From assembly GCA_973895155.1 (NCBI GenBank), contig OZ316896.1:11026795-11090794 (forward strand): a stretch of DNA of 64,000 nucleotides. The letters run 5' to 3'. Every line of letters begins with the position of its first letter. Position 1 is the stretch's first letter. Positions 52,517 to 64,000 of the stretch are shown piece after piece. Below the pieces are notes generated by a model. The model did no database searches. It saw only the letters and a program-made list of their open reading frames with translations, and was not told the DNA's origin. The translations under genes were made by a program, and so were the position numbers. Source of the DNA: Marsupella aquatica. Lineage: Eukaryota > Plantae > Marchantiophyta.

Positions 52517-54150
52517 CTAAATTCGGTCTCTCTGGGTTGCAGTAACATGTATGGGGTACTCCTCATGCTGCAAAAATCTCAGAGTGTCGCTGTCCTCCCA
52601 TATGTCCACCACAGGTTGGTCAACAACGTAGCATGGCAGCAAAGCAAGATAGGTAGATGCATGAAATGTAGGCAGGATGGAAACCTGGTTAAAATCCTGC
52701 CGTGCATCTGAGGAATCATCAGAGGCAATCAAAGGGCTGCGGGACATAGTGTCAGCATTTTGATGTGTCACACCAGGCCTATGAATTACCTCAAAATCAT
52801 ACTCCTGGAGTATGAGCGCCCAATGAGCAAGCTTGCCAGTAAGCTTGTCGTTGGTCATCAACCACTTCAAGGGCTGGTGGTCGGTGTAGAGAACAAACCT
52901 GGTCCCATAGAGGTAGGGCCTATAATGTATGACAGCCCACACAACAGCAAGGCATTCACCCTCATAAGAAGAATAATGACTCTCTGCCTGATTGTTGCTC
53001 CTCGATGCATAGGCAATGACGTACTCTTTACCTTCCTCATCATGCTGGCCCAGAATGGCACCAATCCCAAGGGCACTCCAATCTATGTGTAACACAAAGA
53101 CCTTGCTGAAATCAGGTCTTCTCAGCACCGGGTATTCTGAGAGCTTCTCCTTCAAAGTGGCAAATGCTGCCTCAGCATCTGTACTCCATGTCCAAGTCAC
53201 ATTCTTTTTCAACAAAGCATACAATGGGTGTGCAATGGTACTGAAATCTTTGATGTAGATCCGGTAGTAATTGCACAACCCAATAAAACTCCTCAAAGTG
53301 TGAACATTGGTAGGAGTGGGCATTTCCAAGATGGATACCACCTTGGCCCAGTGAGCCATGGTTCCATTTGGAAGAATGCGGTGCCCAAGGTATACTACTG
53401 ATCTGACAGCAAATTCACACTTCTTGGGGTGTATCTTTAGGTTCACCTTCTTAAGCCTCGTGAATAGCTCCTCGAGGTCAAGTAGGTGCTGGTCAAATCC
53501 TTTGTTGTGGACCAACACATCATCAATGTAGCATTTCAGAAACTCAGCACCTTGAAGAACCTGGTCCATGACTCTTTGAAAGAATATGGGCGCATTCTTC
53601 AAGCCAAATGGCATCACCAACCACTCCCATAGTTGGTTACTACCATGGAAAGCTGTTTTCTTGCGGTCCTTTGCAAGCAGCAAAATCTGGTTAAAGCCTT
53701 GCCTTAGATCCACAAGAGTGAAGATGTCTAAGTCTCCAATGCTGTCAAATAGCTCCTCTGGCCGTGGCATGGGGTACCTGTCCTGGGGTGTGACCAGGTT
53801 CAGTGGCTTGTAGTCCCCACACATGCGCTTCTCTGTCCACAACCCACTGGAATCCTTCTTTGTTGGCATCACTGTAGCTGCTGCAAAATCTGATATAGAT
53901 GGCTGAATAAGACCAGCTTCATATAACTCTTGGCACCTCTCATCCACCAGCTGCCACTCATGCTTACTCATGCTTACTCAAACGATGTCTCTGCCTGAAG
54001 ATAGGTGTTTCATCAGCCAACTCAATGGAGAACTGCATGGTCTTGCACTTACCCAAGTCCTTCATAGAGAAAGCAAACACGTTCTCATGCTTGAGGAGCA
54101 AATTCAGCAGCTGGTCCTTCTGTCTTTTACTCAGGTGGTTGCCCATGATG
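52517..54150 (-). pseudogene. Gypsy reverse transcriptase and RNase H
   Basis: KRMCGDYKPLN, DLRQGFNQI, VMPFGLKNAP, YIDDVLV, LRSFIGLCNYYR, HIDWSALGIGAIL, YSSYEGECLAVVWA, TDHQPL, HQNADTMSR. A 10-bp duplication causes a frameshift at about 53956-53980. Confidence 0.95.
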
Positions 54151-54479
54151 AATGTGTAGTTGGCAACACTAGGAATAGGACCTGATGTACTCATGCTTGA
54201 AGAGCCACAAGTGCTAGCCTCTCCACTGTCCAAGCTGCTAGCATGCTGCTGATAAGGTGATGAGGCCTCTCCAAGGCCTGTTGTATCTGTTGCTCTGGTC
54301 TGATCCACACCATGAAACTCAGAAATAATATCAGCCACGTTACAAGGGACCTCCTCCCCCCCAACACTTGGACTGAAGCGGTGAGTGTTGAATAGAGGTA
54401 AGTGCACGTGGTCTGGATGCCATGTAGCAGCACCATGGAGTGGTAGGGCTGGAACTCCTGATGCTGGATGAATGTACAT

Positions 54480-55443
54480 CTAAAAAAGGATGCAAGTGAC
54501 CAGAAGCCAAGTGAGAGCATTAAGATCCATTACCCTGCCAAGTAAAGCATTCCTGGCCAGCTTGGTGATTTTGGTGTGGCATGTAGTACCGGATTGGAAG
54601 CCCATAGCCCGTTCTCTCTCCTCAGGACTAGGTTCATCCCATGTACTGGTAGAATGTCGGTAAACCAGGCCGGGACCATCACCCTGAAAAGCATGTGCAC
54701 CTAGAAAGGACACAAATGTAGGCCAAGCAGCACGGGGCTGTCCAATGGTATTGGCTGGATACCAAGGTGCTGGCTCTTGCCGTGTAACTGGTTGGCAAGA
54801 ACTGTCAGGATCCAAAATCTGGTCCACTGTGAGGTTAGTGTCCCTGGATGTGTGGTGAAGAGCTAACTCCAACAAGGAAGGTGGTGCAAGGTTAGTCCAA
54901 AAGTTACGAAGACGATGTGCATAAGAACCACAGTGCACTGCATCAATGAGAAGGGGTGGTCCCAAGTAATGCTGGACCACACTGAAATCCTCTTTGACCT
55001 GTGGACGCTGGTCAAACTGAGATGGAGTATTCTCAATGATATAGCCAACAGCAGGATAAAGGGATTGAGCCCAAGTGAGAATCTGAACCAATGCTGTGAA
55101 AAGGCCAGAACGAGAATCATGCAGTTCAGCACCGTGACCAGTAGCTGAAAACCCTTGGCATTCCCAACCAGCTATGATCAAATCAAGGGAGCCAAGAAGG
55201 GTTAAGTGCCGGTGCTGGACAAGCTGGATATCTGGAGGGAAGAAAGAAAATGCAGACTTCCATGCACTATGTGGAAACTGCTGGGGAAATCGCTCTGAAA
55301 ATTCCAGCAGACGGGATTCAGCCACTTGCCTTGCACCTGGATCAATATATGTCCACGTAGATGTACTGCTTCACCACCATGCCAGACTGTAGGAGAGCTT
55401 CCAGGCCTGTAGAAATGCCACCAAAAAGCTCAAGCAATGTAAG
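54480..55443 (-). pseudogene. C5 cytosine DNA methyltransferase domain inside the gypsy pol
   Basis: Motif I LLELFGGISTGLEAL, motif II YVDI(D), motif IV DLIIAGWECQGFS (Cys codon 55160-55158), motif V DSRSGLF, motif VI YIIENT, motif VIII AHRLRNFWTNL, motif IX ERERAMGF and motif X LLGRVMD, all in canonical order. There is a 4-nt ATAT insertion near 55346 and a TAG at 54482-54480. Confidence 0.9.
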
Positions 55444-55749
55444 GCCATCCAGAGGAGGAGTCCATGTAACTGGTGCACTCAAGATTGGGGCTATTGGTTG
55501 TCCATTGTGCTGCCCAAGGTCCTCAAATTTGCGCAATGCAGCCACCAAAGGTCCATGGGCTGCTTGGAGCCATTGTACCACCTCCGGTTGATGATCCACA
55601 TTGATGGAAAGTGCTGCTATACGTGCAGCAGCATGTGCAGCAGCCACCTCATCATCATCCTCCTCAATCCAATCTTGCAATGGGTGGTTGACATAGGTAG
55701 TTGTGTGCACTACTTTCAACACACAGTGGTGAGCCATAGGTGTATGGGC

Positions 55750-56200
55750 ACCATGCAAATCAAGTGGAATGTAGCCCAAGTGTGAGCCATCCGTATGCCA
55801 ATCAACTTTGTAGTATGCGTGCTCATGCCAGTTGTCAATGGTAAAACCTGGTGGGAACAAAGCCTCCTGGCCAATGAGCACATCATACGTAGTGGCATTG
55901 GTAACCAAACATCTGACTGGGAAATGCAATTCCTGATCTGTACCTCCATTAAAAGTGAGAGTGAGTAAAGTAGAACTCTCACCCAGCACATCCTCCACAG
56001 TGCCACTAGCAGTCCGAATGTGCCACCTGGATTGCTGTAAATGATCAGTCAGCAGTCCCATCTTCTTGGCAAACTGAATGCCCAATATCACTGGTTGAGC
56101 ACCTATGTCTAGCATGACCACCTGAGGAGTGTGACCCTCCAACTTGACCGCTGAATTCCTGTTGTCAACAATGGCAATGGTGGTGGAAACTAAAGTCCTG
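55750..56200 (-). pseudogene. Gypsy aspartic protease
   Basis: VMLDIGAQPVILG (the DTG motif is changed to DIG), IRTASG and YDVLIGQEAL. Confidence 0.8.
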
Positions 56201-56479
56201 TCACTAGGCACCACTTTTGGCAAATGATGAGGTACCTTGTGAAGGGAGTTAGTGGCCACAGTCTTCCCACTCAACAACATAGCCAGGAAAGATGGAGCAG
56301 CATGACCAGAATCAAGTGTAGCTCTGGTCACACAATCAGCAGCAATCGGTACTGGGGCAGCCAAACCAGTGGAAACATGTAAAGGAGAAGAAGAAGGTCC
56401 AGTATGTACATGAGATTGGACCTCCAAACTCGGTGTCACAGGGGCTGATGAAGAATGCAGTGAACCCTCTAGCGCTCTG

Positions 56480-58530
56480 ATGACAGCTCTAGCATCCAGC
56501 TGTAAATCATGGCAACTGAAAAGTGGAGTTGTAAGAATCCTTTATGCCATACCGAAGGTGAAATGCTCAAGCAGCTCAGGAGAAACAACTCCCTGTGAAA
56601 TGTCAGCAGCACCTGGTGGTGGAATGGATATGGCTGCAGGGCCCTCCTCCCTCACCAACAAGGTGTGCTCTTTAGCAAGTGTGAGGGGCTGAAAAGATTG
56701 GGGCATGACAGCTTGAGCTCCCCTGGCTCTAGTCATAGGACCAGCAGCAAGACCATCAGCCTGTACAATGTGGCGCGTGGGAGCAATACGGGAGGCAGCA
56801 CTGGCCTACTGGTAAGAAAAATAGGAAGGGCAGAATGAATCTGAAAATTCTGCTGTAAGGCCAGGCTCTGGAGCAGAGGACAACACACACTCACCCATAT
56901 GAGCATCAAATGGCAAGCCATAGAAAGAGCGGGGTAGAGGTGCTGAACTGTTAGTGGTGCCTAGGCCAGGGATGGGTTGCACGTGACCAGCCGGTTGAGA
57001 AAGACCAGCAGAGGCAGTGGACTTGCCTTTGATGTTGGTAAGTTGGGCACGTAAGGACTCAACCTCATGAGTTAGAGACTGGAGTTGAGTTGCCTGTGCG
57101 TTGTGAGCCTCCTTCTGAGCTGGTTGCTTCTGTTGCTGCTTGGGCAATTTGTTAGCACCGGGTGCTTTGCCACTGGAAGGAGGAGCAGTTGATGCAGTAG
57201 GAACCCTCCTAGCTGGTGGGGGAGTGGAAGTAGGAGCAGGATGAGGGGCCTGCTGTCGTAGCTACTTCCGCTCTGGGAATTGGCAAAACAAACTGCCTCC
57301 AAGTGACCCACTTTCTCGCAAAAATCACAAGACAGGTCCTCAGCAACAATATCACACTCATTAGCCTTGTGATTGGGGTTACCACAGTAGTTGAAAGATG
57401 ACAGCATGAAAGCAGCATGTGCTGGTTTGGTCTTGGCACCATACTGTGGTACACGAGAAGGAGTGGCCAGTGTAGGGGCAGCAGCCTGGTACCTGGATCG
57501 CGGTGGACGTGCAATACTGGCCTTATAATGTGCATGGGCCAACTCAAGTTTCTCAGCAGTGTCATAGACATTGAGCAGTGTGTAGTTGTCTCCAAACTCT
57601 GAGAATACTTGCTGCAACACTTGCGAATGGAGAGCTGGTGTGCCCTCCAATGCACGAAGATAGCGATGAGCAGCCTCCAGGTCAGTGATGCTCTGGGTGT
57701 CCTCCTTCAGCTTGAGAAGCCGACGATACATCATCTTCAAGGTTTCATCGCGCTGCCTCACAAAGGTGGCCAACTGCATGATTTTATCAGCACTCTTGAT
57801 TGGGAATTCCAATTCAAGAACCTGGAAAAACTCAGCCACTGGATCAACAAAGGCAGGAGAATCAATGGTGGGAGAAATGCCTGATGTAGCCTGTGCCAAG
57901 ACAATGGGAGTAACTGGCGCAGTGGTAGGAACTGGAGTAGGAGGGGAAGTGGCAGGAGCAACAGCATGGGCTGCAATGGCATTCTGTAAGGCCAATTGTG
58001 AGGCTGCCACAATTGCACTGGCATAGGTAGGGTTAGGCAACTGTGTGACAGCAAGCAGTCGTTGAGAATGCTACTCATACACATCCAAAGCCTCATGGTG
58101 CACATACCTGGCTAGCTGCTTAAATGCAAATGCATTTGTGAAATTGCTGTCGTACTTCAACTCCAATCAGTATAGAAAGTGGATTTGAACTCACGCAAAG
58201 AAACAGTGCCTGGCCGCCCACTAAAGCGCTCAATGCGGCCAGATGAGTGACTGGCATCCATGCTGTATGTCGGTGAAGCTGGAACAATCACTGATGCAGA
58301 AGGAGTAAAGGGCAGAGAAGCGATAGCAGGCTTCGGGGTAGTGGTAAAGCGACCGCCAAATGTAGCAGAAGGATTGCATGGTGTGGGTGATGCTGCTATC
58401 TACTGGCGTCGTCAAAATTGCCGAGACTCCAATGAAATTGGCACCAACGGTCGTGGATCACTCCGTAAGTGGTACCGGGGTGTCGGTGGCGATGAGCTGC
58501 TACGACTCGGCTCCTCTGCTGACATGCTGC
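56480..58530 (-). pseudogene. Gypsy gag-like region with two zinc knuckles, frameshifted
   Basis: GRPGTVSLREFKSTF, AFAFKQLARYVHHEALDVYE, RQRDETLKMMYRRL, (F)NYCGNPNHKANEC and CDFCEKVGHLEAVC. The start codon is uncertain. Confidence 0.7.
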
Positions 58531-59179
58531 ATGCTAACCCGGGGTGCCAAATTGGAAATGGTAGCAACAGGAAATGTCTCCACCCCCCCTCTTTTTCTGG
58601 TGCTATGAGGTGCTATTGGGAAAGAAACTGACAAGAAAAGAAATGGCAGCCCCAAGGCTAGAAAATTAACCCACAATGAAGCAAACGGTGTGAGGCAAGG
58701 AGGCCGGGCTAAACAGAATGAAATTAGCCCCCATGTGTAGACTGGCCTTGCCTATAAGGGTCAAAATAAAACCAATAAAAACAATAGAAAACAGCAGAAA
58801 GGGTCCCTCCCTTATGTGTATACACATAAGAGGCACCGGCTGGTGCCCAATGTGTACGCGGCGGCACGGCTCCCTTTGGTGGAGTTGTCCTTGCGGCCGG
58901 AAAGAAGTAGTAGGTGGCAGGACGAGAGCAAACAAAGAGAAACGGGCCTACAAAACGCGAAGGGGGCCCCGATGTATATACACATCGGCCTGGCAACAAG
59001 TCGATCGTCGCACGGAGAAAAAGCGAGAATGGCCAAAAAAGGGGAATACGGGACACAAGGGGAGGCAAGGCGAGGCGAGGGAAAAAGAAGAAGAAGAAAT
59101 GGGCCTTAATTGCGCGAGCCCTGCATAGGGCTTCGCGTCGCCCCCTCCTTATGAGCTCGCGAAGGCAGAAGGCTCCTTG

Positions 59180-59760
59180 AATGCAATTGGGCTTCATGCC
59201 CTGGCAGACACGAGTACTCCCGAGAGAAGGGAGTCGATTGTACCCCCCCTTTCTTTAATGTTTGGAAAGGGCCTCTTGCCCTGTGGCAGAAGACTCCTCC
59301 TAAGGACCTGAGAGGGAAGGAGTCGTATGTACTCCTCCCCCCCTTTATCCCATCTCCCCCTCCATTTAATGTAGCATAGGGCCTCGTGCCCACTCCTGGC
59401 GCTGCTGCCTCGGCTCTGTCTCCCTCTGCTTTAATGCTGCTAAATGGGCTTCGTGCCCTGCAGGAGGACTCCCGAGAGAGGAGCCAAGTGTACTCCCCCC
59501 CTCTTCAATGCTGACAGTGGGCTCCGTGCCCTGCAGGGGGACTCCTGAAGAAGGGAGTCGTATGTGAACTCCCCTCCCCCTCCTTTTAATTGCTGCTTAG
59601 GGCCTCGTGCCCTCCTTTCGCTTCCCCTCCCCTCCTCGTGCTTGGCAGGACTCCCGAGGGGAGTCGACTTGAACTCCCCCTCCCTCTTTAATTCTCCATA
59701 GGCCTCTGTGCCTTCTCCTCTCGGCTCCCGGCTTGTACTCGCTGCCCCTCCAAAGAGTCG
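59180..59760. repeat. Array of ~6 degenerate 60-110-bp units with internal hairpins in the gypsy 5' leader
   Basis: Recurrent pattern GGGC(C/T)(T/C)CGTGCCC ... GACTCC-N-GGAGTC ... ACTCCCCC ... TTTAAT. Confidence 0.75.
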
Positions 59761-60040
59761 TTAAAACGTAAGGCGAAGGGAAAGAAAATGAGGGGAAGAA
59801 ACGGGCGCGCGGCCCTATGCACTCGGAAGGTATTCGCGAGGTGGCCGAGGCAGCCAGAGGTGATCGCGCAGTAGTCGAGGCAGCGGGGAGGTGGTCGCGC
59901 TGCGGCCGAGGCAGGATGGCAGCCGTGGCCGGCAAAAGAAACACCAAAAAATGGCCCGAAAAAGGGTCGTGGCAGGCGCTGAAGCAGCAATTGGCAGCAG
60001 CCGGAAACGGAAAACCCTGAAAGCAAAGCGCGAAGGAAAA

Positions 60041-60515
60041 TGTTGAGCATAGACGACGATCGCAACGGCAAGCCCATGAACCATCCAACGCACAATAGTC
60101 GACACAAGAGATACGTGGTTCACCTCCTTGAGGCTACGTCCACGGGAACACACAAGAGAACTTTACTGAACTCTAAGCCCGTCGGCTATACCGAGTCTCC
60201 ACAGTGTAAGCTCTCCCTATCTCTCAAGTGGCTCCATAACAATGAGCCTTGGTTCTACCTCTCCAAGCACACATGCCTCTTATGATATAGTGTGCAACTT
60301 AGTTGTACCTAACCACATAGTTGTACCTAACCACATAGTTGTACCTAATCACGTAGTTGTACCTAACCACATAGTTGTACCTAATCACGTAGTTGTACCT
60401 AACCACATAGTTGTACCTAATCACATAGTTGTACCTAACCACGTAGTTGTACCAACCCACGTTGTTGTACCAACCACGTCATACCTAACCTAGACGTAAG
60501 AGTAAATACCCAACA
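60041..60515 (-). repeat. Copia 3' LTR (475 bp)
   Basis: Starts TGTTGGG directly after the PPT and ends GCTCAACA. The end is corroborated by the homologous fragment at 10923-10992. Confidence 0.85.
60301..60490. repeat. 18-bp tandem repeat (AGTTGTACCTAA(C/T)CAC(A/G)T x10) in the copia U3
   Basis: Seen directly. The units are head-to-tail with no spacers. Confidence 0.95.
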
Positions 60516-60706
60516 ATCTTCCCCTTGACTCTGGTCTAGGGGAGAGTAATACTGCCAATGTATATGATCCCTCAGCGGGAAGTTCTGGACAGAAACCAAA
60601 CCGGTTTCCCTCTCTAACTAGAGCAAACCAGAACTAAGCCGTAGCCTAATACATAGGAATGAGGAAGAGCATATATCAGTAATTACAATGAATGTTTAAG
60701 AAAACT

Positions 60707-63700
60707 CTACTTGTGATGCAATTGCAAAACCTGCAATACGTCACGGTGTCTAGAGAAACTCTCCAAAGGAATCACTTTGGTAAATGCGTCAGCCGGGTTG
60801 AGTTTACCATCAATCTTGACTAGCTCAAACAAATTATCAGACACAGCCTGCCTGATAAAATGGTACCTGACGTCAATGTGCTTCACTCTACTGTCCATCA
60901 CCTGGTTCACAGCAAGGTGGAGCGCACTTTGACTATCACAATGGAGCTTCACATTCCCCTGTGGCAATCCCATTTCAGTGATAAGTCTATCCAACCAAAT
61001 CGCTTCCTTTGCTGCTTCCGCAGCTGCAACATACTCCGCTTCTGTAGTAGACTGAGCAATACACTTCTGCAAAGTAGACCTCCAACTTATGCATCCACCG
61101 CCAAGTGTGAACACGTATCCTGTTGTTGATCTCCTTCGGTCCAAATCTTGTCCATAGTCAGAATCTACATAGCCAATCAATGATCTAGCATTCTTTGCAT
61201 TCGCATCAAATAAAAGACCATGATCCACGGTACCCTTCAAGTACCTGATAATCCACTTCACTGCTTCCCAGTGTACCTTCCCTGGATTCGACATGTACCT
61301 GCTCACCTTGCCCATAGCCATGGCAAGATCAGGTCTAGTGCAAGTCATCAAATACATGAGACTCCCCACTGCCTTGTCATATGGAACCTTTGACATCAAC
61401 CCCTTCTCTGTGTCATCCGTAGGACAGAACGCTGATGATAACTTGAAGTGTGGAGCCAACGGGTACTTACTGGCTTGCTATTCTCCATGTTGAACCTTGC
61501 AATTACCTTCCTCGCATAACTGCTCTGCGTCAACCATAGCTTGCCAGCCTCCAAGTCCCTAGTGATCTCCATACCCAAAATCCTCTTAGCTAGCCCTAAG
61601 TCCTTCATCTTAAACTCTGCACTAAGCAGTGCCTTGAGCTTAACAATCTCAGACCTATCCTTGGCTGCAATTAGCATGTCATCCACATAAAGTACTAAAA
61701 CAATGAACCCAAAGACAACATTCTTCACCGGTTTCAAATACACACAAGGGTCAAATACACTTCTGTGAAAACCTTGTGACCGAATCCAATCGTCAAACCG
61801 CTTGTTCCACTGTCTTGGTAACTGCTTCAACCCATACAAGGATTTCAGCAATCTGCAAACCAATTCCTCCTGTCCTCTCTTCACAAAACCTAGCGGTTGT
61901 CTCATGAAGATCACCTCTTCCAATGTGCCATAGAGGAAAGCTGTGACAACATCCATCTGATCTAGGAGCAGACCAAACATTACAACAAGTACACACAATA
62001 GTCGTATTGTAGAGTACTTAGCAACTGGTGAGAAGACCTCATTATAATCCACACCTTTCTCTTGTGTGAATCCCTTTGCTACCAATCTAGCCTTGTAGAC
62101 CTTCGATCCACCTCCTATGGAATTATCCTTCAGCTTGTAAATCCACTTGTTGTCCACCACTTGCTGACCCTTAGGCAGCTTAACAAGCTCCCAAGTTTTG
62201 TTGTCCTTTAGTGACTGCATCTCCGTTTGCATTGCTGCAGTCCACTTCTGCTTCTCTTTTGAAGCACTTGCCTCATGAAATGAAGAAGGTTCTCCTTCTT
62301 CCAAAATTAACGCATCACCCTCATCATCAGCTGTAAAATCATCCTCTTGCAGTTGAGATGAATCAACCCACTGTCCATACCTTGATGGAGCGTGTACAGT
62401 GCGACCAGATGTTCTTCTAGTCGATGACTCCGGTTGATCTGCGTGTGCTGGTACAATTTGAAGCTCAACAGCATCCACTTGTTGCTCACCAGCATCAACA
62501 AACTCCTCTGGTTCCTCTGGCATAGGAACCAGCTCCATAATTGGAGCAACTCCTTCTCTCCGGTCATGCATCTCATAACCAATCTCCCCCTCAACGAGAT
62601 CCGGGATAGGAGATTTTCCTTTGTCAGTACGGGAGACCTGAGTATTCTCCCCCTCCTTCAATAATCTGGATTCATTGAAGGAAACATCCCTACTGACAAC
62701 GAGCTTACAGGCAATAGGATCCCATAGCCTATAGGCTTTCACACCACTCTGGTACCCAAGAAAAACACATTTCCTGGAGGTAGGATCCAACTTGGTCCTA
62801 TTCTGCTTTGGTGTGAGAGCATATGCATCACTTCCAAAAATTACCAAGCCATGATAGTCTGCTTGCCGCTTATAGCGCATCTCAAACGGCGTTTTGAAAT
62901 TGATAGCACTAGAAGGAGAAAGATTTACCAAATAAGCTGCGGTATTGACAGCTTCTGCCCAAAATTCTTGTGGTAAACCTGATTGGCTCAACATACTCCG
63001 TGACCGCTCCAACAGTGTCCGATTGAGCCTCTCAGCGACACCATTCTGCTGCGGAGTATAAACTGTGGTGAGATGGCGAGTTATCCCCTGTTCTGAACAG
63101 TACTCTTCAAATTCCATTGAAGTGTACTCCCCGCCGTTGTCTGACCTCAGACTCTTCACCCTTGTATCCAAACACTTGATCGTGTTTCCAGTCTGATTCT
63201 CCACCTGGGCCTTCCACTTCTTAAAAATGGACAAGACATCAGACTTATGCGTCATGAAATAAATCCACACAAATCTTGAGTAATCATCAATAAATGATAC
63301 ATAGTACAACTTTCCAGAGTGTGAGGGAGTCGGGGATGGACCCCACACGTCACTATGTATGTACTCAAGAACCGCTTTGGAACGATGAGTTCCAACACCA
63401 AAAGCACGACGATGCTGCTTTCCAAGAATGCAATGCTCACAAAACTCTAATTTACAAGATTGCAAATCAGAAATGAGTCCATTCTTCCGTAAGATAGCCA
63501 AACCCTTCTCACTCATGTGGCCTAGCCGTGAATGCCACAGTTGAGTCATCTCCTCGTGAGACTTGGTTACATTGGCCTCTCCACATACAGTATTGCCCTG
63601 TAACACATACAAATTCTTTTGTCTACTCCCCTTCAAAATCACTGTCTCTCCCGACCTGACTTGAAGTTCACCATCAATAACGCTCCATTGATGACCATTT

Positions 63701-63933
63701 GAATCCAACACACCGAGTGAAATCAGATTCTTACGCATGCCAGGTACATACCTGACTCCGGACACTATGCGCACAGCGCCATCAAACATTTGAATCTTCA
63801 CAGACCCAATTCCCTCAATTTGACAGGAGTGATCATTTCCCATCAGAACTGAACCGTTTGAAACAGAGTAAGAACTGAAAAACTCACGAATGTAACAAAT
63901 ATGAAAAGAGCAAGCACAATCAAGAATCCACAC
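60707..63933 (-). pseudogene. Copia pol polyprotein with one frameshift near 61460
   Basis: WILDCACSFH, LWHSRLGH..CEHC, HSDVWGP, LRSDNGGEY, QQNGVAERLNRTL, KARLVAKGFTQ, QMDVVTAFLYG, YVDDMLI, GYVDSDY, STTEAEY, HIDVRYHF, NPADAFTK. Confidence 0.95.
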
Positions 63934-64000
63934 ATCATCTGCTCTCCTAGATGACGTGCACAGGGCATACCCCCGGCTTCATAAAACATACTCATCATTG

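Larger units (their letters stand above)
50412..60040 (-). mobile_element. Ty3/gypsy LTR retrotransposon encoding a C5 DNA methyltransferase and a PHD finger; the 5' part is interrupted by a copia insertion
   Basis: Order on the minus strand: gag with two CCHC knuckles, aspartic protease, DNMT, RT (YIDD), RNase H, integrase, PHD, G8 polypurine tract, LTR sequences. Integrase after RT-RNase H is the gypsy order. Confidence 0.92.
60041..64000 (-). mobile_element. Ty1/copia LTR retrotransposon (3' LTR, PPT, pol), continuing beyond the window
   Basis: Protease - GAG-pre-integrase - integrase - RT - RNase H order. PPT AGTCAAGGGGAAGAT at 60530-60516. LTR termini TGTTG...CAACA. Confidence 0.95.

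Noticed and set aside
54480-55443. Bacterial restriction-modification methylase or contamination
   Set aside because: The domain is embedded in frame in a gypsy pol, within a contig of intron-containing plant genes, and has no cognate endonuclease.
60301-60490. CRISPR-like array or VVPNH repeat protein (ORF 60242..60493)
   Set aside because: Head-to-tail 18-mers without spacers inside an LTR. The ORF is a by-product of the repeat.

Overview
Eukaryotic nuclear DNA from a land plant. Protein style and TE families suggest a bryophyte such as a liverwort, but the species cannot be fixed from the sequence. The left ~38 kb is a gene-rich block of spliced genes: a TRAPPC13-like pseudogene with many lesions (-), the NEDD8/RUB E2 enzyme RCE1/UBC12 (+), a GTE/BET bromodomain-ET protein (-), a TTF1/Reb1-like Myb-repeat protein (+) and PDCD2 (-). 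The right ~26 kb is a nested TE island. It holds a CRE-like non-LTR fragment, a Helitron-like end, LTR-like non-coding DNA, and a decayed L1-type LINE with an hAT-type MITE in its RT. It also holds a Ty3/gypsy element and a Ty1/copia element inserted in the gypsy 5' leader. The most striking feature is the gypsy pol, which reads protease - C5 cytosine DNA methyltransferase - RT - RNase H - integrase - PHD finger. It has a CpG-poor coding body, a CpG-rich leader with hairpin repeats, and an unusual head-to-tail LTR junction at its 3' end. No rRNA, tRNA or CRISPR array was recognised. Exon boundaries were read by eye and some may be off by a few bases.
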